A stretch of 64,000 bases of DNA, taken from assembly GCA_019694255.1 (NCBI GenBank), contig JAIBCI010000061.1, positions 9,952 through 73,951 of the forward strand, in the 5' to 3' direction. The notes beneath the pieces are model-generated. The model had not been told where the DNA came from and searched no databases. It saw nothing but the letters and a program-made list of their open reading frames with translations. The position numbers were made by a program, and so were the translations under genes. Below are positions 36,485 through 45,410 of the stretch, piece after piece. How positions within the stretch are numbered: the first letter of the stretch is position 1; each line of letters starts with the position of its first letter. This DNA is from Saprospiraceae bacterium. GTDB lineage: Bacteria > Bacteroidota > Bacteroidia > Chitinophagales > Saprospiraceae.

Positions 36485-37687
36485 TCAATCTTTTATTGCT
36501 GCTATACCCGGAAGCGTCTTGCCTTCCAGGAGTTCGAGCATCGCGCCTCCTCCGGTAGATACAAAGCTCACTTTGTCTGCCAGTCCAAACTGATTGATTG
36601 CCGCTACAGAATCTCCTCCACCAATCAGTGTAAATGCATTTTCCGATGAGGTCGCATCAGCGACAGCCTGGGCAATACTTTTGGTTCCGTTAGAAAAAGC
36701 GGGCATTTCAAAAACGCCCATCGGTCCATTCCAGACAATGGTCTTTGACCTTCTGACGACTTCCGTAAATTGCTGTACAGTACGAGGTCCAATATCCAGT
36801 GCCATCCACTCACCCTTTATTTCAGGCCCTTCCGTGATCATCACAGAAGCATCCGACGCAAACCGGTCGCCACAAACGGAATCAATCGGTAGATGAATCC
36901 TGCAGTTGCGTTCTTGTGCTTTGACAAGAATTTCAGATGCAAGGCCAATCTTGTCTTGTTCGCAAAGAGATTTTCCAATTCCGAATCCCTGCGCAGCCAG
37001 GAAAGTATAGGCCATGCCACCGCCAATAATAATATGATCACAAAGCCCGATCAGGTTTTCAAGCAGCGCGATTTTGTCACTGACCTTGGCACCTCCGACA
37101 ATCGCCGTTAAAGGTCGTTGTGGATGATCCAGGACGCGTGCTGCATTGCTGACCTCTGCTTCCATTAACTGTCCGAAACCTTTATGATCATGGTCAAAAT
37201 ACCTTGCGATGGTCGCCGTAGTCGCATGTTCGCGGTGTGCAGCACCAAAGGCGTCATTGATATAGAATTCGCCAAGCGCTGACAGTGAACGCGCCCATTC
37301 TGAATCGCCTTTTTCTTCTTCCTTTCTAAAGCGCGTATTTTCAAGCAGTACCAGCTCTCCATCTTTTAGATTGTCAATCTTCTCCATGCTGTCCGTTCCG
37401 CCACAATCTGATGCAAAGGAGACTGCTTTACCCAGAAGTTCAGAAAGTCTTGAGGCTACTGGTCGAAGTGAGTACTTTGACATTTTGATGCTGCCATCGT
37501 CGTTGAGATCCTTGAGGGGTCTTCCGAGGTGTGACATCACAATTAGCTTAACTCCTTGCGCCAGCAATTGCTGAATCGTGGGTAAAGCCTTTACAATTCG
37601 CGTATCATCGGTGATCACGCCTTCGCTGTTGATGGGTACATTGAAATCAACGCGGAGAATTACCTTGCAGGAACGCATATTCATCAT
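36485..37687 (-). CDS. pgk: Phosphoglycerate kinase
   Basis: 400 aa. VILRVDFNVP, SHLGRP, IIGGGMAYTFL and STGGGAMLE are invariant PGK motifs. It lies 4 nt downstream of gap. Confidence 0.95.
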   Translation of the reverse strand: MMNMRSCKVILRVDFNVPINSEGVITDDTRIVKALPTIQQLLAQGVKLIVMSHLGRPLKDLNDDGSIKMSKYSLRPVASRLSELLGKAVSFASDCGGTDSMEKIDNLKDGELVLLENTRFRKEEEKGDSEWARSLSALGEFYINDAFGAAHREHATTATIARYFDHDHKGFGQLMEAEVSNAARVLDHPQRPLTAIVGGAKVSDKIALLENLIGLCDHIIIGGGMAYTFLAAQGFGIGKSLCEQDKIGLASEILVKAQERNCRIHLPIDSVCGDRFASDASVMITEGPEIKGEWMALDIGPRTVQQFTEVVRRSKTIVWNGPMGVFEMPAFSNGTKSIAQAVADATSSENAFTLIGGGDSVAAINQFGLADKVSFVSTGGGAMLELLEGKTLPGIAAIKD

Positions 37688-37691
37688 CAGG

Positions 37692-38693
37692 TCAGATTTT
37701 GCTGGCCATCAATGCACACATATCAGCCAGGCGGTTGGAATATCCGCTCTCGTTGTCATACCAGGCTACCAGACGGAGATGATTGCCGTTGGATTCTGTG
37801 AGCTCCGAATCAAATATCGCACTGTGTGTATTACCTATGATATCAGTTGATACGAGTGGATCACTGTTATATTCTATAATGTTGCGGTGGGACGTCTGTG
37901 CTATGCTTTTTATTTTTCCATTAAAAGCATTTCGGTCGACGGGATTTCGCAACACGAACAATAACTCTATCAGCGATCCGCTGATCACCGGTACCCTGTA
38001 CGACGATGCAAATAGCTTGCCTTTTATTTCTGGAAAAACCTGCTCAACCGCCCTGGCTGCACCCGTACTCGTCGGGATGATATTGACCGCAGCAGCACGG
38101 GCCCTTCGAAGGTCCTTGTGGGGTGCGTCCTGCAAGCGCTGATCCTGGGTATAGGCATGGATGGTATTCATGCTTGCAAATTCGATACCGTAGTTTTCAT
38201 GTACGATGCGGATCAGCGGAGCAAGGCAGTTGGTTGTACAACTTGCATTGGAAATAATATTTTCTGAAGTGTTCAAGTTGTGGTCATTGACCCCAATCAC
38301 GTACGTAGGGATTGAACTGTCTTTTGGAGGCGCTGACAAAATAACCTTTTTGGCACCTGCATTCAGATGGGCCCCGGCTGCCTCTGCTGTAAGATATATG
38401 CCTGTACATTCCAGGACAATGTCAACCTGCAGATCTTTCCAGGGCAATTGCAAAGGATCCTTGATCGCATAGCATTTGATTTTTTGTCCCCTGACTTCAA
38501 AGTAATCCGGACCAGGCGTCACTTGCTCATCAAATTTGCCATGGGATGAGTCATACCGGAGGAGGTGTGCGAGGGTCGGGATATCGGTGAGGTCGTTGAC
38601 CGCTACTACTTCCAGGTTGGTATTATCGATCAGCTGACGAAAAGTCAGACGCCCGATCCTACCAAAACCATTAATGGCTATGCGCTTTTTCAT
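37692..38693 (-). CDS. gap: Type I glyceraldehyde-3-phosphate dehydrogenase
   Basis: 333 aa. It has INGFGRIGR (NAD binding), the active site SNASCTTNCLAP, and the WYDNE tail. Confidence 0.95.
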   Translation of the reverse strand: MKKRIAINGFGRIGRLTFRQLIDNTNLEVVAVNDLTDIPTLAHLLRYDSSHGKFDEQVTPGPDYFEVRGQKIKCYAIKDPLQLPWKDLQVDIVLECTGIYLTAEAAGAHLNAGAKKVILSAPPKDSSIPTYVIGVNDHNLNTSENIISNASCTTNCLAPLIRIVHENYGIEFASMNTIHAYTQDQRLQDAPHKDLRRARAAAVNIIPTSTGAARAVEQVFPEIKGKLFASSYRVPVISGSLIELLFVLRNPVDRNAFNGKIKSIAQTSHRNIIEYNSDPLVSTDIIGNTHSAIFDSELTESNGNHLRLVAWYDNESGYSNRLADMCALMASKI

Positions 38694-38766
38694 ATCTGAT
38701 TAGGAATTCAATACCAATTATTAACAAAATGGCTCTAAAAAGTTTAATGCACATTACAAATCCACC

Positions 38767-38774
38767 TATATTTG
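38767..38774 (+). promoter_or_regulatory. Bacteroidota -7 promoter box (TATATTTG) for tRNA-Glu
   Basis: Exact TAnnTTTG ending 19 nt upstream of the tRNA 5' end. Confidence 0.5.
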
Positions 38775-38793
38775 CAGCTCTTTTGAAAAATCT

Positions 38794-38868
38794 GCCCCGT
38801 TCGTCTATCGGTTAGGACATCAGATTTTCATTCTGGCAAGAGGGGTTCGATTCCCCTACGGGGTACCA
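38794..38868 (+). tRNA. tRNA-Glu (anticodon UUC), CCA encoded
   Basis: Hand-folded cloverleaf. The acceptor is GCCCCGT/ACGGGGT (G1-U72 wobble), the D-stem GTCT/GGAC, and the anticodon stem TCAGA/TCTGG with loop TTTTCAT (anticodon TTC). The T-arm is AGGGG-TTCGATT-CCCCT, followed by A + CCA. Confidence 0.9.
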
Positions 38869-38891
38869 GTCAATAAAACCGAATTACAGGG

Positions 38892-38924
38892 AAACCATTG
38901 ATTATCAATGGTTTTTCTTTTTTA
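38892..38924 (+). terminator. Rho-independent terminator after tRNA-Glu
   Basis: AAACCATTGA-TTA-TCAATGGTTT (10-bp stem) followed by TTCTTTTTT. Confidence 0.6.
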
Positions 38925-38944
38925 ATCCGGTTGGTATAGAACAG

Positions 38945-40531
38945 ATGAGCAGGCAATCAGAGATCAACCGCAGACGAACTTTCGGGATCGTCTCACACCC
39001 CGATGCAGGAAAGACGACGCTGACGGAAAAGCTGCTATTGTTTGGGGGCGCCATCCAGGTCGCCGGGGCCGTCAAATCCAACAAAATCAAAAAACACGCC
39101 ACCTCCGATTTCATGGAGATTGAGCGGCAACGGGGAATATCCGTCGCCACTTCGGTCATGGCCTTTCCTTACCGCGATCTGCAAATCAACATCCTTGATA
39201 CCCCTGGTCACAAGGATTTTGCTGAAGATACCTACCGGACATTGACAGCGGTGGATAGCGTGATCGTCGTCATCGATGTTGCCAAGGGCGTAGAGGAACA
39301 GACCGAAAAGCTCGTAGAAGTTTGCCGGATGCGACACACACCAATCATTGTGTTCATCAACAAACTGGACAGGGAAGGCAAGGATGCCTTTGACCTGCTG
39401 GACGAGGTAGAGACCAGACTCGGACTAAGGGTAACTCCGCTTTCCTGGCCGATCGGTATAGGGCAGGATTTCAAGGGCGTCTACAGCCTCTATGAGAAGA
39501 AATTTATCCATTTTAAAGCACACGGCAAACAGGAAGAAGAAGACATCGTAGAAATTTCAGATATCAAGGATCCACGATTGAATCAAATTGCCGGCGACCG
39601 CCTGTACAATCAATTCCAGCAGGACCTCGAAACCGTTCATGGTGTTTATCCTGAGTTTTCCCGTGAGGATTATCTGTCCGGAAGAATTTGTCCCGTTTTT
39701 TACGGATCAGCGGTTAATAATTTCGGAGTCCGTGAATTGCTCGACTGCTTTGTTGAGATCGCGCCAACTCCGAGATCGCGCGAGACGGAAGAGCGCGTGG
39801 TACAGCCTTACGAAGAACCGTTATCCGGATTTGTGTTTAAGATTCATGCCAATATGGATCCCAAGCATCGCGACAGGATCGCATTTTTCCGTATTTGTTC
39901 CGGAGAATTTAAAAGAAACACCAACTACTATCACGTACGCCTGGGCAGGCAACTGAAATTCTCAAACCCGACATCCTTTATGGCTTCCCGCAAAGAAGTC
40001 ATCGACGAGGCTTATGCCGGCGACGTCGTTGGTTTGTATGACAACGGCAATTTTAAAATCGGCGACAGTCTGACCGAAGGTGAATCACTGCATTTCAAAG
40101 GCATCCCGAGATTTTCTCCCGAGATCTTCCGATATGTTGACAACGGCGATCCTTCCAAATTCAAGCAATTTGCAAAAGGGCTCGAACAGCTGATGGATGA
40201 AGGTGTCGCACAGATGTTCATCAAGGAAGAATCGCAGCGAAAAATCATCGGTGTGGTGGGTGCGCTACAATTTGATGTCATTCAATACAGATTAGAACAT
40301 GAGTACGGCGCGATCTGCCGCTACGAACCGCTGACGCTTCACAAAGCCCTGTGGGTGCACGCCAGGGATCAGTCAAAACTCGATGAATTCAAGCAGCGCC
40401 GCCGCAAAGATCTAGCGAGTGATATGGAAGGCAAACTGGTCTTTCTCGCCGATTCTGCATGGACCCTGCGTCTCGTTCAGGAGAATTTTCCGGAACTTCA
40501 GTTTAGCACCAGCAGCGAGTTTGGTGAATAA
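38945..40531 (+). CDS. prfC: Peptide chain release factor 3 (translational GTPase)
   Basis: 528 aa. [38 protein letters not shown] and NKLDREG are G-domain motifs in the RF3 arrangement and length. Confidence 0.95.
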   Translation: MSRQSEINRRRTFGIVSHPDAGKTTLTEKLLLFGGAIQVAGAVKSNKIKKHATSDFMEIERQRGISVATSVMAFPYRDLQINILDTPGHKDFAEDTYRTLTAVDSVIVVIDVAKGVEEQTEKLVEVCRMRHTPIIVFINKLDREGKDAFDLLDEVETRLGLRVTPLSWPIGIGQDFKGVYSLYEKKFIHFKAHGKQEEEDIVEISDIKDPRLNQIAGDRLYNQFQQDLETVHGVYPEFSREDYLSGRICPVFYGSAVNNFGVRELLDCFVEIAPTPRSRETEERVVQPYEEPLSGFVFKIHANMDPKHRDRIAFFRICSGEFKRNTNYYHVRLGRQLKFSNPTSFMASRKEVIDEAYAGDVVGLYDNGNFKIGDSLTEGESLHFKGIPRFSPEIFRYVDNGDPSKFKQFAKGLEQLMDEGVAQMFIKEESQRKIIGVVGALQFDVIQYRLEHEYGAICRYEPLTLHKALWVHARDQSKLDEFKQRRRKDLASDMEGKLVFLADSAWTLRLVQENFPELQFSTSSEFGE

Positions 40532-40729
40532 GTTAGATCATTTACAAGTATTATCTTAAAGTTATGTATACACTTTTCTGTAATGTGGTGAGAATTCTAT
40601 TTACTGTTGAAAAATGAACCAAAAATTCGAATTGATAATGTTCAGGTGACTCAATCCTTTATCGCTACAGCAAAATGAAGTTAACAATAAGATTTCATTA
40701 GTCCTCCGGCCAACCTTATAACGAAATAA

Positions 40730-41989
40730 TTATTGACCCGTAACAACAATTTTTTTCAATTTTACTACTTGTCCTGACATCAGCACTTGCATGAGATAAT
40801 ACCCTGGCGTAATGTGGTCTACTGAATAAAGGAAGTCTGTATTCTCTTCCTCAATATCGATACGTTTGTGTTGCATTACTTCGCCGACGGCATTCAACAA
40901 CACGATTTCATACGAACCTGTGCTAAATCCCTTTAAATGCACTGCCTGTCCGGCCGGATTGGGATATATGATTTCGCTGGAATTTGCCATGGTACTGTTC
41001 TTTACTCCCAGCAACTTGTCTTCCGCAGTCCTTACACAAATCGCGTAACATGCTCGCGTATTCTTCGCAACATAGGTGGTCAGACCCAGATTCTGAAAGT
41101 CGATATACCATGCGTTGATTCCTCTGTTGAACTGCGACGTGGATGACCAGTATTTCGCAGATCGAATAGCTGAAAAAAAATTCTTATTGACCGCCGGTGC
41201 AACACTTTTTTCATCATGAATGGAAGCAATCTCCTTGATGTTGGGCAGACGCCAGTCACGGTAACCGCCGAGCACTATATTCTCAGAGCGCATCAGCGCA
41301 TTCTCCCAGTTGATTGAATCGTTGAGCGGATACCTTTCCCACATGAGACCGGTAAATAAATCCAGCACGACACTGTCTGCCAGAAATTTAAACCTTTCCT
41401 CCAGTATTTTGGACGAATGAATGTTGCGTACGGCTCTGGTATGAAATTTTTTTGTTCCACCGGCACTGATCGTTTCAGTCCTGGGATGCGCGCCCTGACC
41501 ACCACCGGAATTGGTTACCCAGACTTTTGAAGGATTGTTGGCGGCAACATCTGCGCTCCACCAGTACTCCGCTCCAGTATTTGCAAAAGCGGTCTGATTC
41601 AGCGCGGGATTAAGCGCATCGAGGTTCATCAGACTAAAACTTTCATGGATGCCGGGAAGCCTCCAGTCCTGGTAACCTGCCAGCGCAAGACGACCCACCC
41701 AGACCACTGCACTATCGTAACTCATCTCACCACCGTCCTGTTTTTGCCACATTAACCCGGTGACAGTATCTGTGACTGTCCCATCACCATTGTCGATATA
41801 GAAGGGTGCATTGATCTCATAATCGCTGTCTTCACCTGGTGTATTGGTATAGCTGTTTTTCTGACCTGTGTCCGGCAGGCGGTCCATCGTCTTCAACCAG
41901 GTCTGGCCATCAAGATTGATGGAAATGATCAAGGATATCATGAATAAAAAAATTACTGATAACCTATTAGAATTGTTACGGCTGTTCAT
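40730..41989 (-). CDS. DUF1566 (Lcl C-terminal-like) domain protein, two copies, with T9SS C-terminal domain
   Basis: 419 aa. TGLMWQKQDGGEMSYDSAVVWV...GYQDWRLPGIHE and a second copy TGLMWERYP...GYRDWRLPNIKE are present. The tail is Por-type (IIYPNPAGQAVHL...GYYLMQV). Confidence 0.75.
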   Translation of the reverse strand: MNSRNNSNRLSVIFLFMISLIISINLDGQTWLKTMDRLPDTGQKNSYTNTPGEDSDYEINAPFYIDNGDGTVTDTVTGLMWQKQDGGEMSYDSAVVWVGRLALAGYQDWRLPGIHESFSLMNLDALNPALNQTAFANTGAEYWWSADVAANNPSKVWVTNSGGGQGAHPRTETISAGGTKKFHTRAVRNIHSSKILEERFKFLADSVVLDLFTGLMWERYPLNDSINWENALMRSENIVLGGYRDWRLPNIKEIASIHDEKSVAPAVNKNFFSAIRSAKYWSSTSQFNRGINAWYIDFQNLGLTTYVAKNTRACYAICVRTAEDKLLGVKNSTMANSSEIIYPNPAGQAVHLKGFSTGSYEIVLLNAVGEVMQHKRIDIEEENTDFLYSVDHITPGYYLMQVLMSGQVVKLKKIVVTGQ

Positions 41990-42052
41990 AATCGTGTGTT
42001 GTAATTCGCTGAGGGGCTGTCGAATTGGTGTATCACTGTTTTTTAAATGTTT

Positions 42053-43675
42053 TTATGGCAACACAAACTTTCTGGTGATTGCACCCGCGTCGGTTTGAAT
42101 GTTCATTAAATAAATACCCGACGGCAAAGCTCCCAGATCCATGCTGTATCGCAACGGCGTGCCTACATTTACAATTTGAGTTTTGATCTCAATGCCACTG
42201 ATATCCATTATGGTGATCCGCAATATGTCGATGCTGCTGACGACAGTGAGCATTTTACTGGAAGGACCTGCATAAATACTGACGGATTGATCCTTCGAAA
42301 TGGATTTTGTGCTTGTCGTAACCGGTACATTGCATTGCACAAATCCGCGATTCGTCTCCATTGAATCGAGCCTGCCTTCTGTGTAGTATTTGAAAGTATA
42401 ATTTCCCTTTGCATCCCAGGAATAAGCTACGGAGTCCGTCTTGTTCTGATAATTATAAATCAGGGTATATCCGTTGCCGTTACCATTGGGTTTGCAAGCG
42501 GTGATCAGTGCTCCCCGCAACGGATTCTGTCCAACGCGCACCGGATGTGCTGCAGCTTGCGGAACCAATTGATGGGTATTGTCCTCTGTCACCTGACCTG
42601 CCATTTTGCCTATCATGTACGGATATGCCGTAGTCCCGTGATAATGATAACTTGCTCCATAGGTGTGGCCATGATTCGCATCAAGCGCTTTCATCGGTGT
42701 TCCGTCGGGCTCTGCACTGCCAAATACAGGATAACCGTCGAGGCCATAGGCCACCGGAAGGCTGGTTTTGGTGTAAGCGTAGAGGTGCAGGGGCGCAATG
42801 TGGTAATGATAATCGTCTGCCCTTCCGCTGTGACCGCCGTATTGATCCAGTTGACCAGAAGCAAAGGCATCCGCGCCAGTATTGGTATGCTGATTGAAAA
42901 TCGGAACCCCGTTGACCGCGATGGCTATCGCTCCACGCGTAAAGTGTACAGAGTCCACAGGAATCGGATTGGCAGCCTTGACCGGATTTAGAGGAAACGG
43001 CCAGGCATTCGCTCCAGTATAGCACTGTGGTATCGGCACCTGTCGCTGCCAGCCTGTACTCGATATGCCAGCCATCATCGGATGTGTGGTAGGAATTCCC
43101 TTCGATTCAACCCAGAAATAAGTGCTGTCCCAGAATGTATGCACCTCGGGGATAAATGGTTCAAATGCGGCAGCAATCCCTGTGGGATCCGGACTGAAAA
43201 ATAATTTACGCGTCAGGTTGAAAAACAAAAAACAAATAGCGATCAGCAACACGGGCAATGCGGTTCTAAACCGCACGTTGAGCGATTTTTTCGATGCCAG
43301 CCATCCACTGATAAAAAAGACAATACACAAGAAAACGACAAGAAGTAAATTGTTCCATTGCGTATGAAGAACTACAACCGGGCTGCTTCCAGCGTGATTG
43401 AGTTCTTCAATGTGATCCTGCCTGTGTTGGATATAGGTAATATCTTCTGCAGAGAAAGAATTTAGCGGATAAGACTGAATGGAATGATCTTCACCTTGTA
43501 TCAATACCTGATTCTCCTTCATCATGAAAAAATTACCTGTGATCTCCTTGTTCCCACATACGATGTGCCATTTTCGCAAGGCAACGTGGTCGGAGTAAAT
43601 ATCATGCGCCGCTGCAATGGACAGTGTAATTACAAAGGATATGATCAGTAAATAGAACTTATTTTTCATGGTCAA
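42053..43675 (-). CDS. YHYH-domain protein with N-terminal signal, two internal hydrophobic helices and a beta-sandwich C-terminal tail
   Basis: 540 aa. The YHYH signatures are GGHSGRADDYHYHIAP and YGASYHYHGTTAYPY. The tail resembles a T9SS CTD (ITIMDISGIEIKT...GIYLMNIQTD). Confidence 0.7.
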   Translation of the reverse strand: MTMKNKFYLLIISFVITLSIAAAHDIYSDHVALRKWHIVCGNKEITGNFFMMKENQVLIQGEDHSIQSYPLNSFSAEDITYIQHRQDHIEELNHAGSSPVVVLHTQWNNLLLVVFLCIVFFISGWLASKKSLNVRFRTALPVLLIAICFLFFNLTRKLFFSPDPTGIAAAFEPFIPEVHTFWDSTYFWVESKGIPTTHPMMAGISSTGWQRQVPIPQCYTGANAWPFPLNPVKAANPIPVDSVHFTRGAIAIAVNGVPIFNQHTNTGADAFASGQLDQYGGHSGRADDYHYHIAPLHLYAYTKTSLPVAYGLDGYPVFGSAEPDGTPMKALDANHGHTYGASYHYHGTTAYPYMIGKMAGQVTEDNTHQLVPQAAAHPVRVGQNPLRGALITACKPNGNGNGYTLIYNYQNKTDSVAYSWDAKGNYTFKYYTEGRLDSMETNRGFVQCNVPVTTSTKSISKDQSVSIYAGPSSKMLTVVSSIDILRITIMDISGIEIKTQIVNVGTPLRYSMDLGALPSGIYLMNIQTDAGAITRKFVLP

Positions 43676-43686
43676 TTGATTTAAAT

Positions 43687-45408
43687 TTATTTCAAATAAA
43701 TTACTTTGCCAGTTACAGCACCGTTGGACCGGCTCTGGATTTTATAATAGTAATTGCCGCTATTCACAGAAGCGCCTTGAAAATCCTTTCCGTCCCAGAT
43801 AACCTGATAGGAGCCGCTTTCAAGCGCATTATCGTCCATTAGTCGGCGCAGCCATAGTCCGTTGTCATTAAAAATATCAAGGGTCAAGTGATCGGTGTTC
43901 TTTATTTCAAAGGAAATTTTTGTCTGATCGGTAAAAGGATTTGGGTAGGCAATCTGGTCAGCGTACTGGCTGTTCCAGATAACTGTGGTTCCTGTATTCA
44001 GGCTATCGTAACAATTCTTCAGATTGATAAAATAGGTTGCAACAACATCCTTGTTATGCTGACTTGAAGTCTCTTGTGAAACCCTATAAGCTTTGACATA
44101 TTCAACTTTAACCCGTTCACCATTGACGCAGACGCGTAAGTGCCCTGTATTGGATTGAATAACACCCTGCACATATCCGTAGTCTGCCGCCTGTCTTGGA
44201 TAATTAAAGTTAGGAAGACTTGGCTGAGGTGTTTCCTGGTAAATGAGGCAGTCTTTTTGCTGTTGACCGAAAAAGTGATCATGGCCATGAAAGAAAATAT
44301 TGACCCTGTGTTCGGTCAGAAGATCTTTAATCGGTTTGTACCAACCAGGCCTTTGTGTAGCCCATCCATCTGATCCGTCCAGGTTTTTTCCGCCCCACTC
44401 ATAGAGATCCGCAAATTCAACACCGCCACGTCCCTGATCATCACCACCGATGAGCTGATGTGCAAAAACAAATTTAAAATCAGCTTTGCTGTTGTCCAGT
44501 GTCTGACGGAGCCAGTCATATTGCGCCTTGCCCAGCGTCCAGTTCCAGCCGTGCAGTGAATCAGGCTTTGGTTTGGTGTACCAGTAAGGGTCAAGGACAA
44601 TAAATAAAGCATTGCCCCATTCCCAGGAATAAAATGACTGTCTCAATCCTACAAATGGCGTATTGGAAGTGTCGCCGGTATAAAATCCGTCTGGATACGG
44701 ATTGGGGAAAAACCGCTTGCGTTCACGCGCATCCCACACGGCGATATTATTTGCAGTGACGTTGTTAAGCCATCCAGCTTCGCCTTCATGGTTGCCCAGG
44801 GCAATGAATAATGGCACTGAATGACAGATGGACTCATACATCGAACGCAATAAATTGCAGCGGTAAGGAATGGTATCAAAGGGTACAACCTTGGAAGCAT
44901 TCTGTAGTTTGTCGGTCATGAGGAAATCCCCGAGATCAATCATAAAATCAGGCCTGTCTTCAAGCTGATTTTTCAGACAAACGCGGTACAACGCTGAATC
45001 GCTCATCCCATCAAGATGAGGATCAGCCTGTACGGTAAAAACAAAAGAATCCTGCTTGTCTCTCTTTGTGGTGAAGCTGTGTTCCTGCAGATTCAGAATA
45101 TTCTGCCGTCCGGGTTTTCTATAATTGACCCGGTAGAAATAATGTGTTGCAGGCTTCAGGTCACTGAGTATAATTTCTACGGTCACGCTGTCTGCATAAG
45201 TACTCCAGGCTGTCTCGTGATCATACTGAGCGGACACGGTGCCATACTGAACTCGCACATCAGCGGAATCGGCAAACAACAACTGTACCGTGATGCTGTG
45301 CTCACCGGGTCTTCCGAGCACCTCAGATCTCCACAAACGCTGACAATATGCAGAATGAAACATTCCAAAGCAAAACAAAATCAAGGCGGTATTTTTCAAC
45401 TTCATCAT
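43687..45408 (-). CDS. Calcineurin-like metallophosphoesterase with N-terminal Fn3/PAP-like domain and T9SS C-terminal domain (paralog 1)
   Basis: I prefer the start at ATG 45408 (MMKLKNTALILFCFGMFHSAYCQ), 2 nt after the upstream stop. The motifs are VQADPHL, DLGDFL, LGNHEGE, FAHQ and HGHDHFF. The tail is IAYPNPFTDQTKISF. Confidence 0.8.
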   Translation of the reverse strand: MMKLKNTALILFCFGMFHSAYCQRLWRSEVLGRPGEHSITVQLLFADSADVRVQYGTVSAQYDHETAWSTYADSVTVEIILSDLKPATHYFYRVNYRKPGRQNILNLQEHSFTTKRDKQDSFVFTVQADPHLDGMSDSALYRVCLKNQLEDRPDFMIDLGDFLMTDKLQNASKVVPFDTIPYRCNLLRSMYESICHSVPLFIALGNHEGEAGWLNNVTANNIAVWDARERKRFFPNPYPDGFYTGDTSNTPFVGLRQSFYSWEWGNALFIVLDPYWYTKPKPDSLHGWNWTLGKAQYDWLRQTLDNSKADFKFVFAHQLIGGDDQGRGGVEFADLYEWGGKNLDGSDGWATQRPGWYKPIKDLLTEHRVNIFFHGHDHFFGQQQKDCLIYQETPQPSLPNFNYPRQAADYGYVQGVIQSNTGHLRVCVNGERVKVEYVKAYRVSQETSSQHNKDVVATYFINLKNCYDSLNTGTTVIWNSQYADQIAYPNPFTDQTKISFEIKNTDHLTLDIFNDNGLWLRRLMDDNALESGSYQVIWDGKDFQGASVNSGNYYYKIQSRSNGAVTGKVIYLK

Positions 45409-45410
45409 AT

